Below the pieces are notes generated by a model, which was not told where the DNA came from, did no database searches, and saw only the letters and a program-made list of their open reading frames with translations. DNA of 64,000 nucleotides from the human T2T-CHM13v2.0 reference genome, Homo sapiens. Shown in pieces: positions 40,867 through 55,695 of this stretch. The stretch lies in NCBI RefSeq assembly GCF_009914755.1, contig NC_060925.1. One strand, given 5' to 3'. The translations under genes were made by a program, and so were the position numbers. How positions within the stretch are numbered: position 1 is the first letter of the stretch; each line of letters starts with the position of its first letter.

Positions 40867-41223
40867 TGTTTGGGACAATAAAACAGAAATACTATAAATT
40901 GGGTGTCTTAAACAACAGTAATTTATTTCTAACACTTTTGGAGTCTGGCATCCAAGTTTGAGGTACCAAAATTTTTAATATCTGGTGAGGATCTACTTCC
41001 TGGTATCTTTGCAGATGTACACCTTCTTGTTATATCTTCACAAGGCAGAGAGCAGAGAGTAACCTCTCTGACTTCTTCTAACAAAGGCAGTAATCTCATT
41101 TATGAAGGCACCACCTTCATCATCCAGTTACCACCCAAAAGCTCAAGCTCCAAATACAAACACATTGGAGACTGAATTTCAACATATAAATTTTGAGGGC
41201 ACACAAACATTCAGTCAATAACA
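40867..41223 (-). mobile_element. MLT1A-family MaLR LTR
   Basis: TTAAACAACAGTAATTTATTTCT...ACACAAACATTCAGTCAATAACA; TSD AACCG/AACTG. Confidence 0.8.
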
Positions 41224-42795
41224 AACTGATATAAAAAGAAAATAAAGAAAATAATATTATAGAAAATCCTTACATAAGGCAGAATAAGAGTAGAAGACAC
41301 AACTAGGGAAAAATGAGGAATAAATGTAAAGAGTAACAAATGTGATAGATATTAATCCAACAATATTAATAATCACTTTAAATGTCAATTGTCTAAATAC
41401 TCCAAAAAATAAGGCTTAACTATATGTTGTCTATGATAAATCCACTACAAATATAAAGACCTATATATTAAAAGTAAAGAGTTATATAAATATATATCAT
41501 GCTAACACTAATTTAAAAAAGGTAGAAGTATATTAATTTCAGACAGAGCCCACTTCAGATAAAGAGAATTCATCAAGAAAAAAGAGAAGCATTGTCTAAT
41601 GATAAAAGAATCAATTCCCCAAATAGACACAATAATCTTTAATCCATCTAACAACATAGTGTCAAAATATGTGAGGCAAAACTGACAAAAGTGGAAGGAG
41701 AAATAAATGAATCAATCCACCGTTATAGTTGGAGACTTCAACAGGCTTTTGTCAGAAATGGACACATACTTCACATAGAAAACCAATATGGACACAGTTG
41801 AACTCTATAATATCAATCAGCTGTTACATGATGGACATCTATGGACTGTTTCTTCTGAAGCCAGAAGAATATTCCTTCTTTTCAAGCTCACGTGGAATAT
41901 TCACCAATAAAGATCAAATTCTGGGCCATAAATCATACCTTATCACATTTGAAATAATATAAATTGTACAATATTTGCTTTCAGACCACAATAGAATTCA
42001 CTATAAATCAACACAAAGATAACTGAAAAATCCAAAGTTATGTGGTGAATAAACAACACACTACTAAATAGCATGGGTCAAGAAATAATTTCAAGAGAAA
42101 TTAAAAACTATTTTAAGCTAAGTTAAAATGAAAATACAATGTATCAAAATCTGTAGGACGTAGTGAATGCAGTACTTACAGGGAAATTTATAGCATTGCA
42201 TACATACATTAGAAAAGGAAAACAAACCTGTAAAATTGGTAAACTACAGCCTTAGGAAACTAGAAAAAGAAGAGCAAACTAAATCCAAGAGTAATAAGAA
42301 GAAAATAATAATTGAGCAGAAACTCATTCAATTGAAAATAGAAAAGCAATAGAGAAATAATGAAACCAAAACTAGTCCTTTATACATATCAATAATATTG
42401 ATAAGCCCCTACTCAGGCTAAGAAACAAACTCAGAAAATACACAAATGACTAATATCAAGAAAGCAAGAGGGAAAATTACTACATATCCCATGGACATTA
42501 AAATGATAATAAAGGAATATTATGACAACTGTATGTATACAAATTTGGTAACCAAGTATAATGGACTTATTCCTTGAAAAGATGTCTTTATCAGCTCAGG
42601 CTTCCATAGTAAAACATTATATACTAAATGGCTTAATCAACAGAAATGTATTTTCTCACAGCTCTGGAGCCTGGATGTTCAAGATCAAGGTGCCAGCAAT
42701 GTTTAGTTCTGGTAAGGGCTTTCTTTCAGTATTGAAGATGAGTCTATTCTCACTCTATGCTCACATGACAGAAGAGAGAACAAACTCTCTGAGAC

Positions 42796-45018
<2,223 letters not shown>

Positions 45019-46069
45019 TCAGGGCCCCGCTCTCATGAACTCATTTAGCTCTAAATACTTTTGTAAAGGCCCTATTTCTAAATACAATCATATTGAGGGT
45101 TGTCTTCAACATACGAATTTTTAGAAAACATAATTCAGCCCATTGCAGATGCAATGTAACAAATCAACACAAGAATAAATAATTTGAATAGACCTATATC
45201 TATTAAAGAAATTAAATTAATAATGAATAACCTTTCCAAACATAAAACACCAGACCTAGACATGTTCATTGGTGAATTCTATCAAACATTTAAAAATATA
45301 TATATATATAAAATATCTACAAACTGTTTCAAAATATAGAAGAAGAGGAGCTATTTTCTAACTCATTCTATGAGATCAGCATTATTCAAATACCAATACC
45401 TAAGACATTACAAAAAAAAGAGTACAGATCGATATCTCTCATCAAAATAGATACAAATATCCTCAATAAAATATTAGAAAATCAATTCTACCAGTATATA
45501 GAAAGAATAATACCTCATGACCAAGTGGGATTTATCCCAGGTATGCAAGGCTGGTTCAATAATTTATTCAATTAATGTAATCTAGTACACAAACAGGCTA
45601 AAGAAGAAAAATTAGATGATTATATTAACAGATGCCTAAAAAGCACTTGCCCAAACCCAACATTCATTCGTGTTAAAAACAAATCTTTTAGCAAACTAGA
45701 AATAGAAGAGAATTTTCTCAACCTTATAAAGCATACCGTGTAAAAACTCACAAATAACATTACACTTAACTGTGAAAAACCAAAAGCTTTCCCAGTAATA
45801 TCAGGAGAAAAGCAACAATATCAATATTCCTTTCAATCACTCCTTTTCAACATCATACTGGAAGACCTAACTAATTCAGTAAGGCAAGAAAAGTAAAATA
45901 TATACTCACTGGGAAGGAAGAAATAAACTGTCTTTGTTCACAGAGGTATAATTGTCTATGTAGAAAATCTGAAAAAAATAACAAAACCTTTTGTAAGTAA
46001 TAAGCAATTATTGCAAGGTTTCAGAATATAAGGTTAAAGTACAAAAGTCTATCATTTCATTTATACCAG

Positions 46070-46719
46070 TGCTATAGATTGAATTGTATCCCATCAGTTG
46101 GGCTGGGCACAGTGGCCTGTGACTGTAATACAACCACTTTGGGAGGCCAAGGCTGGAGGATCACTTGAGCCTAGGAATTTGAGTCCAGCCTGGACAACAT
46201 AGTAAGACCTTGACTCTTAAAAAAAAATTAACTCGGTATAGTGGCATGTGCCTGTATTTCCAGCTATTTGGAAGGCTGAGGTGGAAGGATTGATTGGGCC
46301 TGGGAGGCTGAGGCCACAATGAGCGAAGATCACACTACTGCACTCCAGCCTGTGTGACAGAGTGATACACTGTCTCAAAAAAAGAAAAAATAAATACATT
46401 TTGAAGTTTTAACCTCCAATATAATTGGAAATGGGCCTTGGGAGGTAATTTAAGTTAAGTAATGTCATGGAGTTGGGGTCCTGATGATGGGATTGATGAT
46501 TTTATTAAGAAGAGGAAGAGAGATAAAAAATACTCTCTGTTATGTGAGAATACAGGAACACAGCCAGAAGGTGGCTGTCTGCAAGCCAGCCCTGACCAGG
46601 AACTTAATTGGCCAGAGTTTTGATCTTGGAAATCTCCCCCACTGTGAGAAATAAATACCTGTTGTTTAAACCAACCAGTCTGTGGCATTTTGTGATAGCA
46701 GATCAAGCAGACTAATACA
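46070..46719 (+). mobile_element. MLT1A0-like LTR interrupted by an AluJ
   Basis: TGCTATAGATTGAATTGTATCCC...GCAGACTAATACA; perfect TSD ACCAG at 46065-46069 and 46720-46724. Confidence 0.9.
46101..46395 (+). mobile_element. AluJ (Jo/Jr-like)
   Basis: GGCTGGGCACAGTGGC...GGAGGATCACTTGAGCCTAGGAATTTGAG...CTGTCTCAAAAAAAG. Confidence 0.92.
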
Positions 46720-47550
46720 ACCAGCAATGAAAAAGGAGAATATTAAATTAAAAATGATATTATTTACATTAACACGCCAAATAAAATATTTAGGTAGAAA
46801 TTTGACAAAAAATTTACAAGAACAATGTGAGGAAAACAAGCAAAACAAAAATACTCTTGTGAAAGCAGTCAGTTCTTCCCATTTTATCTATATTTCAACA
46901 TAATCACAAAAATTTCAGCAAGTTGTTTTGTGATATCAATAAACTAATCCTAAGGTTTATGTGGAGAAGCAAAAACCCAGAACAGCTAACAATACAAAAA
47001 AAGAGGAGCAAAGTTAGAGGACTGACCCACCCAACTTTAAGACTGACTATAAAGTTGCAGATTATCAAGATAGTGGATAAAAGAATAGACAGACTAATGA
47101 GTTTTGATTCATTAATAGCGAGTCCCATAAAGGAACCACAAAAATATAGTCAACTAATTTAAAAAAGGGGCAAAATTCATTTCGTCTTCCATCACTGATA
47201 CCCTTTCTTCCAGTTGATAGCATCGGCTCCTGAGGCTTCTGCATTCTTCACGTGGTTCTGGAGCCTTGGCTTTCAGCTCCATCAGCTCCTTTAAGGACTT
47301 CTCTGCATTGGTTATTCTAGGTATCCATTCGTCTAATTTTTTTTCAAAGTTTTTAACTTCTTTGCCATTGGTTTGAATTTCCTCCTGTAGCTCGGAGTAG
47401 TTTGATCATCTGAAGCCTTCTTCTCTCAACTGGTCAAAGTCATTCTCCGTCCAGTTTTGTTCCGTTGCTGGTGAGGAGCTGCGTTCCTTTGGAGGAAGAG
47501 AGGCGCTCTGCTTTTTAGTTTCCAGTTTTTCTGCTCTGTTTTTTCCCCAT

Positions 47551-48567
47551 CTTTGTGGTTTTATCTACTTTTGGTCTTTGATGATGGTGATGTACAGATG
47601 GGTTTTTGGTGTGGATGTCCTTTCTGTTTGTTAGTTTTCCTTCCAACAGACAGGACCCTCAGCTGCAGGTCTGTTGGAGTTTGCTAGAGGTCCACTCCAG
47701 ACCCTGTTTGCCTGGGTATCAGCAGCAGTGGCTGCAGAACAGCGGATCTTGGTGATCCGCAAATGCTGCTGCCTGATCGCTCCTCTGAAAGTTTTGTCTC
47801 AGAGGAGTACCCGGCCGTGTGAGGTGTCAGTCTGCCCCTACTGGGGGGTGCCTCCCAGTTAGGCTGCTCGAGGGTCAGGGACCCACTTGAGGAGGCAGTC
47901 TGCCCGTTCTCAGATCTCCAGCTGCGTGCTGGGAGAACCATTACTCTCTTCAAAGTTGTCAGACAGGGACATTTAAGTCTGCAGAGGTTACTGCTATCTT
48001 TTTGTTTGTCTGTGCCCTGCCCGCAGAGGTGGAGCCTACAGAGGCAGGCAGGCCTCCTTGAGCTGTGGTGGGCTCCACCCAGTTCGAGCTTCCTGGCTGC
48101 TTTGTTTACCTAATCAAGCCTGGGCAATGGCAGGCACCCCTCCCCCAGCTGCCAACTTGCAGTTTGATCTCAGACTGCTGTGCTAGCAATCAGCGAGACA
48201 CAGTTGGCGTAGGACCCTCTGAGCCATGTGCGGGATATAATTTCCTGGTGTGCCGTTTTTTAAGCCTGTTGGGAAAGCGCAGTATTAGGGTGGGAGTGAC
48301 CTGATTTTCCAGGTGCCGTCTGTCACCCCTTTCTTTGACTAGGAAAGGGAACTCCCTGACCCCTTGCGCTTCTGGAGTGAGGCAATGCTCACCCTGCTTC
48401 GGCTCGTGCATGGTGGGTGGCACCCACTGTCCTGCACCCACTGTCTGGCACTCCCTAGTGAGATGAACCCGGTACCACAGATGGAAATGCAGAAATCACC
48501 CATCTTCTGCGTCGCTCATGCTGGGAGGTATAGACCGGAGCTGTTCCTATTTGGCCATCTTGGCTCC
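47551..48567 (-). promoter_or_regulatory. L1PA 5'UTR (internal sense promoter pointing left, antisense promoter pointing right); YY1 motif at 48553-48562
   Basis: GC-rich ~1017-bp 5'UTR; CAAGATGGCC YY1 motif on the minus strand; activity not demonstrable from sequence. Confidence 0.8.
48127..48304 (+). pseudogene. ORF0: Disrupted L1 ORF0 (antisense 5'UTR ORF)
   Basis: ATG at 48127 gives MAGTPPPA, then a frameshift. The other frame reads CSLISDCCASNQRDTVGVGPSEPCAGYNFLVCRFLSLLGKRSIRVGVT*, resembling primate ORF0p as recalled; stop at 48302-48304. Confidence 0.75.
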
Positions 48568-49142
48568 AGCCATCTCATTACTGGGTATATACCCAAAGGA
48601 TTATAAATCATGCTGCTATAAAGACACATGCACACGTATGTTTATTGCAGCACTATTCACAATAGCAAAGACTTGTAACCAACACAAATTCCAACAACGA
48701 TAGACTGGATTAAGAAAATGTGGCACATATACACCATGGAATACTATGCAGCCATAAAAAATGATGAGTTCATGTTCTTTGTAGGGACATGGATGAAATT
48801 GGAAACCATCATTCTCAGCAAACTATTGCAAGGACAAAAAACCAAACACTGCATGTTCTCACTCATAGGTGGGAACTGACAATGAGAACACATGGACACA
48901 GGAAGGGGAACATCACACTCTGGGGACTGTTGTGGGGTAGGGGGAGGGGGAGGGATAGCACTGGGAGATATACCTAATGCTAAATGACGAGTTAATGGGT
49001 GCAGCACACCAGCATGGCACATGTATACATATGTAGCAAACCTGCACATTGTGCACATGTACCCTAAAACTTAAAGTTTAATAATAATAAAATTAAAAAA
49101 AAAGGGGGACAAAACAATATGGTGAAGCAAAGATAGTCTTAT

Positions 49143-49703
49143 TGAGTCAGGATAGGTACTTAAGGAAGTAACCATGTCTTCAGGATGTGGCAATTGTATG
49201 AGCCCCAGCATTAGCATTTTAGTCAAGCTCATTAAAGCAAAGCTATCTCCAGTTGGAAATTTCCCCTGCAGAGAGCATGCACATTTTGATTTTACCTTCC
49301 CTAAAACTGACCTTTTGCTCATTATAATAGTAAAAACATACCACTGGGTGAATATTTAAGATCCTGTGATGTATGAACAAGCATGTACAGCTACTGCACA
49401 TGTGCACCCAGACGACCACCCAGAACATGCTTACTAGCAACACCTCTTCCCACCCCCTTATGGATAATCATGTAAGACTCCCATAAAAAGAGTTTCCCCA
49501 GTAAGAGTCAATACTGTCTCATCCTCATAAGCAGTCTGCCCTGTGTCCTCTTTCAGGGTGGTCTATTCTGCACCTGGCTTTCAGAATATTCTTTCTCCTT
49601 GGCAATAAATTGTTCTATGCTGAATCTCCATTGCTGGGTGTCTCTTGTTTAATTTTTTTTAACTAAGAAGATAAGAACTGAGGTTTTACTACAGCTGTCA
49701 ACA
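49143..49703 (+). mobile_element. ERV1-class solo LTR (MER66-like; family name tentative)
   Basis: TG...CA ends (TGAGTCAGGATAGG...GCTGTCAACA), TATA-like CCATAAAA near 49481 and AATAAA near 49604; interrupts the host L1 between GATAGTCTT and TTTCTAATAAATGATGC. Confidence 0.7.
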
Positions 49704-49838
49704 TTTCTAATAAATGATGCTGGAACAACTGGACATCCATATGGAAAAAAATGAATATAGACACAGACTTTATACCTGTCAAAAAAACCTCAAATTAGAT
49801 CATGAATGTAAATGTAAAATGCAAAAGTATAAAATTCC

Positions 49839-50291
49839 CCAGAGTGTGATATTCCCCTTCCTATGTCCATGCGATCTCATTGTTCAATTCCCACCTATGA
49901 GTGAGAATATGCGGTGTTTGGTTTTTTGTTCTTGCGATAGTTTACTGAGAATGATGGTTTCCAATTTCATCCATGTCCCTACAAAGGACATGAACTCATC
50001 ATTTTTTATGGCTGCATAGTATTCCATGGTGTATATGTGCCACATTTTCTTAATCCAGTCTATCATTGTTGGACATTTGGGTTGGTTCCAAGTCTTTGCT
50101 ATTGTGAATAATGCTGCAATAAACATACGTGTGCATGTGTCTTTATAGCAGCATGATTTATAGTCATTTGGGTATATACCCAGTAATGGGATGGCTGGGT
50201 CAAATGGTATTTCTAGTTCTAGATCCCTGAGGAATCGCCATGTACCCTAAAACTTAAAGTATAATTAAAAAAATAAATAAATAAATAAATA
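49839..50291 (+). mobile_element. Young L1PA2-like 5'-inverted insertion (inverted 49839-50240; sense terminus 50239-50264; (TAAA)n tail)
   Basis: Perfect 16-bp TSD AAAAGTATAAAATTCC at 49823-49838 and 50292-50307; PA2/HS-type bases GTGTGATATTCCCC, GAGAATATGCGG, TTCTTGCGATAGTTTACTGAG. Confidence 0.95.
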
Positions 50292-53200
50292 AAAAGTATA
50301 AAATTCCTAGAGGATAACATAGGAGATAATTTAAATGACCTTGTATATGAAAACAATCTTTTAGATATAACACAACACCATGAAAGACAGAAGTGATTAG
50401 CTAGACTTCATTAAGATTAAAATCCCTGCTTTTAGAAAGACATCATCAATATATAAATGTAGAAAAGTTTACAGACAGGGAGACAATATTTGCAAAGGAC
50501 ATATCTGATAAATGATGGCCATCCAAAATTTACAAAAACTCTTAAAACTCAACAGTAAAAAAAATAAACATCCCAACTAAAAAATGGGCAAAAGACCTGA
50601 ACAGACCCCTCACCAAATAGGATTTACAGATGACAAATAACTATATAAAAAGATGCTGAACATCATATATTATTACAAATTGAAAATTAAACTAGAGAGA
50701 TACCACTATAAACATGTGAGAATGACCTAAATCCAAAGTACTGACAAAAAAACCTAATGACGTTGTGGAACAAAAGGAACACTCATGCTCATTCATTCCC
50801 AGAGGTAATGCAAAATGATGGTACAGCCACTTTGGAAGACAGTATGACAGTTTCTTAGAAAACTAAACATGCTCTTACCATATGGTCTAGCTATCATGAT
50901 TCTTGGTTTTTACCCAAATGAGCTGAAAACTTATTGTACACAAAACCCAGCATCTGAATGTTTCTAGCAGCTTTATTCATAGTGCCAGAACTTAGAAGCA
51001 ACCAACTTATCTTTCATGAGGTGAATGGATAAACTGTGATGCATCCAGGCAATGGAATATTATTTAGTGCTAAAAAGAAATGAGCTATCAAGTCATGAAA
51101 AGACATGGAGGATTCCTAAATGTATACCACTAAGTGAAAGAAGCCAATATGAAAAGGCTGCATACTGTGTGATGCCAACTAAATGACACTCTGAAAAGGC
51201 AAAACTATGGAGACTATAAAAAGAGCAATGGTTTGAAGGGCTTAGCAAGGAGGGAGGGATAAATAGGCGGAGTACAGAGAAATTTTAGTACAATGAAACT
51301 ACTCTATTTGAACTATAATGGTGGATACATGTTGTTGTATATTTGTCAAAACCCATAGTATACACAACACTAACAGTGAATCCTAAGATAAACTATGTAC
51401 TTTGGGTGATAATATATGAATATAGGTTCATGGATTGTAACAAATGTACCACTCTTGTGAGGGAGGTTGATAATGGGGAAGACTCCATGTATGTGGGAAA
51501 GGGGATGATATGGGAAATCTCTGGATCTCCTACTTAATTTGTCTGTGAACCTAAAACTGCTCTAAAAATTAGTTTATTATACAAAATTATTTTAAAATGA
51601 GAGAAAAAAATTACAGTGGTCAGATTGCCCCAGTTGTCACTGATGCAAAACATATGTAAGGATTTGTATGAAAGAATATATTGCAAAGAGATATTAAAAC
51701 ACAAATTTTAGTTACAATATTGCATTACAAAAAATTGCTGTGACCAATTTGAAACTATCATGGCCATTATCGAAACAATGAAAACAATGTTTTTGCTTCA
51801 ACTAACTAGTAATATGCCTGTTTTCAGCATTTGGGAAACAAAAGTCAATGTAGTTTAAGAGAACTATACTCTCATCTACTGATAGGACAAAGTCAGTGAT
51901 AATATTTAACATTGAACAATGAAGGTGTAGATAATAAGCATGTGATAGGGAAATATAGTAAGTGTTAATAATATTTAATTCTGCATTGTAGACTGATTGA
52001 TAAAAAGTGATGTGTTAGAAGAATTGGTTTTTATCACGAGCATTTATATATGTGTTTAGATGTTCCATGTTTATATAATGAATTTATACTTTATATGCAC
52101 ATATACAATTATAAAAATAAAATATGCCTTCCATCAGTATAGGTTTAGATGATAGGACATTATAAGGCTAGATGTATGCAGTAATATTAATGAGAAATTT
52201 AAATGGGCTAAATTTTAAAATATTTTTCTAATTCTTTTTCAATTCACCTCCTTTCCATCACCATAATGGAAGTTACAAATAATACCCACAAAAATATTTA
52301 GAGTAATTTGCTGTACTCAGAGAAGGGAAAAGCTTTTGAGGTTTCTTGATGGACAAGCCCCATCTGGCACTTTTATCATTTGTGTGGACTCTGAACATTT
52401 TATAAAATACAGCACCTGGCAATTAGCACTGTAAAATCTACAGATAGATTCTGGTTATTTCATGCAGGTTGCTGCCAAGAATATGCTTTAAATTTATACA
52501 TGCCATCCTTACTAGCCCACACGTTCCCTTCAAAATAGGAAGAGAATGAGAACCGTTGCTTGAATCACATTTACAATTGAAAAAAAGGATTTCAACTCAA
52601 ACTCTCCAAGATAAGAGAACATAGTGTTGCAAGGAAAAGGTAAAGCTCAGTGGATGGCAAAAAGAAATGTTAAAGAAAGTGCTACCCATTATAAATCATT
52701 GATCATATAATTTATTATCCAAATCGAGATATTTTTAGAGAGGGTGTTACACAGCATTAAGGGGGCTAAGGTTATTGACAAGAAGAAACACAGTGCATAT
52801 CAGATAATTGAAGTCCCTTTAGTTATCCACTGTCTTAAAAGATCTTTAGGATTATTAAGACCAATACATATGTTAGTAGTGAGCATTTATCATTTGCCTC
52901 CTCAGATTCCTGAGCCCTACTTTTGTTACAGCCCTACGTTTGTTTGTTTAATTACATCTTCCATATTTAAGTTCACATGATCTGATGGGGCTTCACTTCA
53001 GATTTCTATAGGCTAAAGTCTTTTGAAATCACAAAAAATATTGTGCACTAGCATTATTTATATTCTGATGTTTTGTTTGCTTGTTGATACCTTATTGGAG
53101 AAATTTCAGGCAAAATGTTTTGCTCATAAATATGTGAGCAAGCAAGAAAAGCAAAGTGTTAGTGGCAACTGTAAAAATATCTAATTCAATTTTTAACCTT

Positions 53201-54079
53201 TCTACAAATCCCCTCATTTCTGCCAAATAGCTGTTGATTTATTTGCAGCTTGCTATTCTGATGACATATGAGATCATTAGGACAATAAACCCCAATGTTC
53301 TCTTGTTTTCTCAAATTGAAGTGTTGAAGACTTAACTTTAATTATGCCCTTAAATTCCAATGTAGACACAGAAATAAGCAGCAAGCATCTTTCTAGGTCT
53401 ATTTTATATCAATCCTCTTTTGTAATACTTTTTCTTATTTCTAGTGCTCAACATCATATCCTGTTTAAACTAGACTTGCCATAAATAATGCAAGAAAGCA
53501 TGAATCAGTTTTAAATGCATATGATTTTGTGCATAAAAATAAGTGAATTACTCATTGACTACTAGGCAGGAAGTTTAGGATCACCTCGGTTGAATGATAA
53601 CATAAAATACAACCTAAAGTTTTGTTCTATCATCCTTTACTGTCACTATTTAACAAAGCTTGTGATTATATTTTTGAAAAGCTTTAACTGTGCCATTTTT
53701 GTTTAGCTGTTAATGCCATTTCATTTTATGTAGTTCATGATACTCACTTTCATTAAAGTATATTACACACACACACACACACAATTTTGCACCTGTAAGA
53801 TTTGTGATAGAACTGACTCTTAAAGATAGCTGCCACAAAGAATTATGTACCAAATCAGGCATGCTAAAAATATCATTTTTATTCTGAGGCTATGTATACA
53901 CATGTCAAAACAACTGGTTGAAAATTTAAATTACTCAATCAACCAGTTATGTTGTCTACATGATGCTAAAACAGCCAGCTTGATTGATATTCATTCCCAA
54001 CTGGATGAATTGACTCCATCGAACAGTTGACAATATCTTTATAATGAACAAAGTTGATCATTCCATATCTATGCTGAAA

Positions 54080-54510
54080 AATCTATCCATGATTTAGAGG
54101 ACAAAATCCAAAATCCTTAGCTTGACATAAAAGGCCTTTCCAGAACTGTCTACTCTTTGCTTTTCTTACTCCACCTTCTATCATCCTCCCCACCTTGCTA
54201 TAACAACATGCTGTTGATGATGTCACTTTCCTTCTGACATTTCAGTTTTGTAATTGTTTTCTATGGGCTGTTCCTATGACGGCATCCTCCCACCGTTTTC
54301 CACTGTACCTACTGGCTTGATTTGTTGCCTGAAAATTCTTTTTTTCACTTTTTAAAATATAGCCTGAAGGACATATTGTCAGATGTGCCTTACCTTGCCC
54401 CCGCCTCTGCTCAATCTTATTTGCTTCCATAATATTTTCACTTAGGACATAGTAAATAAATAATTAATGTTAGTTCAATGAATATGGGAAAAAATAAATG
54501 AATGAATTGT
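54080..54510 (+). mobile_element. LINE-2 3' fragment
   Basis: AAAATCCAAAATCCTTAGCTTGACATAAAAGGCCTTTC; terminus AATAAATGAATGAAT. Confidence 0.6.
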
Positions 54511-54894
54511 TTAGTTATTTAATTTTTAAATCTGAGTAAACATTCCTAAAGTTAATTATGTATCCATTGTGCCTCTTCTGTGTTAATTTACTTGGAAATG
54601 TAATTTACATACTTTTAGTTTTGTGAAAACAAATTTGTGATTGAAGTGACACTATATGGGGTCAGCAGTGTTATAAAAAGTAATCTAGAAAAATCAGGCT
54701 TATTGTCATATTTATTATTAATGTTAATGGGCATTTTTACTCAAGTCTTCATAAGCTTTAGGATATCTTGAATATTTTTCTTCTTCAGTTTAGTTTCATC
54801 TTCCTCAATAATCTTCCACAGTTGATTCTGGTGCATAAATGCCATACAGAATCCCAGATACAAATTAATGAATATTGTAGAGATTTTAAGGTAT

Positions 54895-55695
54895 GAGGAA
54901 CCAGAAACTCTCTTCTCTTTCCTTTTTGGTTTCAGAATCAATTGTTTTCACTTGGATCTGAAGCACCATATTCTGCTGACTTGCTCCTATCTTATTGGCC
55001 ACTGTTCTCAGTCTTCTTTGAGTCTTCCTCCTCGTTCCTCAAACTTTGTAATACTAGTATGTCATGGGGTTTTGCCTTTGGATGTCTGTACTCCACACTC
55101 ACTCTCTTGGATCACATCCAGTCTCATGGCCTGATAAAATGTTATATGCTTATGATTCCAAAATTTATGTTTGTAACTCATATCTTTCTCTGAACTTTGG
55201 TATTCACTTTCTACATTACATCACTACTTGTATAAATAGTAGGTATCTTAAACTTAACCTATTCAAAACTAAATCTCTTAATTACCCTCTCTCTTCCAAA
55301 CCTATGCTCTTTCCTGCCTTAATTAATAACAATTCCATCATTTTAGTTTCTTGGGGAACATAAATAAACAAGTAAATGAAAAGATAGATATGCAGACAAG
55401 TATACAAGATAGACGGACAGTTGGAGTTAGAAACATCTTTGACACTCCTAATGCTCTATATGCAATCCACTGAAATACATCTACTATATTGCCACTTTGC
55501 AACACAACTATATGCATATTTACCTTGCGGGTGAAGACACTATCATCTCCTACTGTAATATTTCAATAGCCTTTAACTGGTTTCTGTACTTAGAATTGTA
55601 TAACTTTAAAGTCTATTCTCAACTTAGCAGTCAAAGTGATCCTTTGAAAATGGAAGATCAGATTATGTCACTCTGCTCAGATCCTTTAACGGCTA
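54895..55695 (+). mobile_element. LINE-2 (L2a-like) fragment
   Basis: GATCACATCCAGTCTCATGGC...TATGCTTATGATTCCAAAATTTAT...AGATCAGATTATGTCACTCTGCTCAGA. Confidence 0.7.

Larger units (their letters stand above)
47175..49100 (+). mobile_element. L1PA3-like insertion: inverted 5'UTR and ORF1 start (47175-48567) fused to a sense 3' end (48566-49100)
   Basis: Minus-strand L1 start GGAGCCAAGATGGCC at 48567; ORF1 ATG at 47550 (minus strand); junction CTTGGCTCC|AGCCATCTCATTACTGG; PA3-type 3'UTR; imperfect TSD AAAAAAGGGGCAAA (47161-47174) / AAAAAAGGGGGACAAA (~49098-49113). Confidence 0.93.
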
